Assembly (NCBI GenBank): GCA_051294375.1
Contig: CM119266.1
Span: 25,588,736 to 25,652,735 of the forward strand
Origin: Paraspadella gotoi
Taxonomy: Eukaryota > Animalia > Chaetognatha
Direction of reading: 5' to 3'
Length of the DNA stretch: 64,000 nucleotides
Shown here: piece after piece, positions 63,859-64,000 of the stretch
Numbering within the stretch: the stretch's first letter is position 1
Layout of the letters: every line of letters starts with the position of its first letter
The notes under the pieces: model-generated
What the model was told of the DNA's origin: nothing
Seen by the model: only the letters and a program-made list of their open reading frames with translations
Databases searched by the model: none
Made by a program: the position numbers and the translations under genes

Positions 63859-64000
63859 AAAGCGGAAGTGGAAATAAGAAAACGGAAGTGGAAATAAGAA
63901 AGCGTAAGCGGAAATAATAAAGCAGAAGTGGAAATAAGAAAACGGAAGTGGAAATAAGAAAGCGGATGTGGAAATAATAAAGCGGATGTGGAAATAGAAA
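63859..64000 (+). repeat. 20-bp minisatellite AAGCGGAAGTGGAAATAAGA, ~7 copies, running off the window end
   Basis: Directly visible tandem units. Confidence 0.92.

Noticed and set aside
63859-64000. CRISPR-like repeat array (also 41475-41561 and 31755-31805)
   Set aside because: The units are contiguous with no unique spacers, there are no cas genes, and the context is eukaryotic

Overview
Eukaryotic, probably invertebrate-animal, draft-assembly sequence. It is AT-rich, has no obvious CpG depletion, and is saturated with (AG)n, (GAC)n, (ATC)n and (GAA)n microsatellites. There are many N gaps, including recurrent 25-N and 10-N joins, and long indel-rich stretches that look like raw long reads. 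Most listed ORFs are microsatellite translations. Much of the large-scale structure is probably technical: two haplotype-like copies laid in tandem (~3.9-15.0 kb vs ~15.3-22.6 kb; ~47.0-50.5 kb vs ~51.8-54.3 kb), three fold-back inversions that turn inside AG/CT tracts, and an apparently base-identical 2.55-kb noisy block used twice. The duplicated copies expose two presence/absence insertions. One is a ~3-kb element (10621-13630) with ~580-bp direct repeats around an unidentified, indel-broken ~390-codon ORF. The other is a ~645-bp element with an 8-bp target-site duplication (hAT-like) that contains a fold-back MITE core. Also supported are one likely first coding exon (41353-42862) ending in a signal-peptide-like segment, DINE-1/Helentron-like short repeats, RFX X-box motifs and a few tentative small exons. 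I recognised no named gene, rRNA, tRNA or CRISPR array. The 3-kb element is the best novelty candidate but is unproven.
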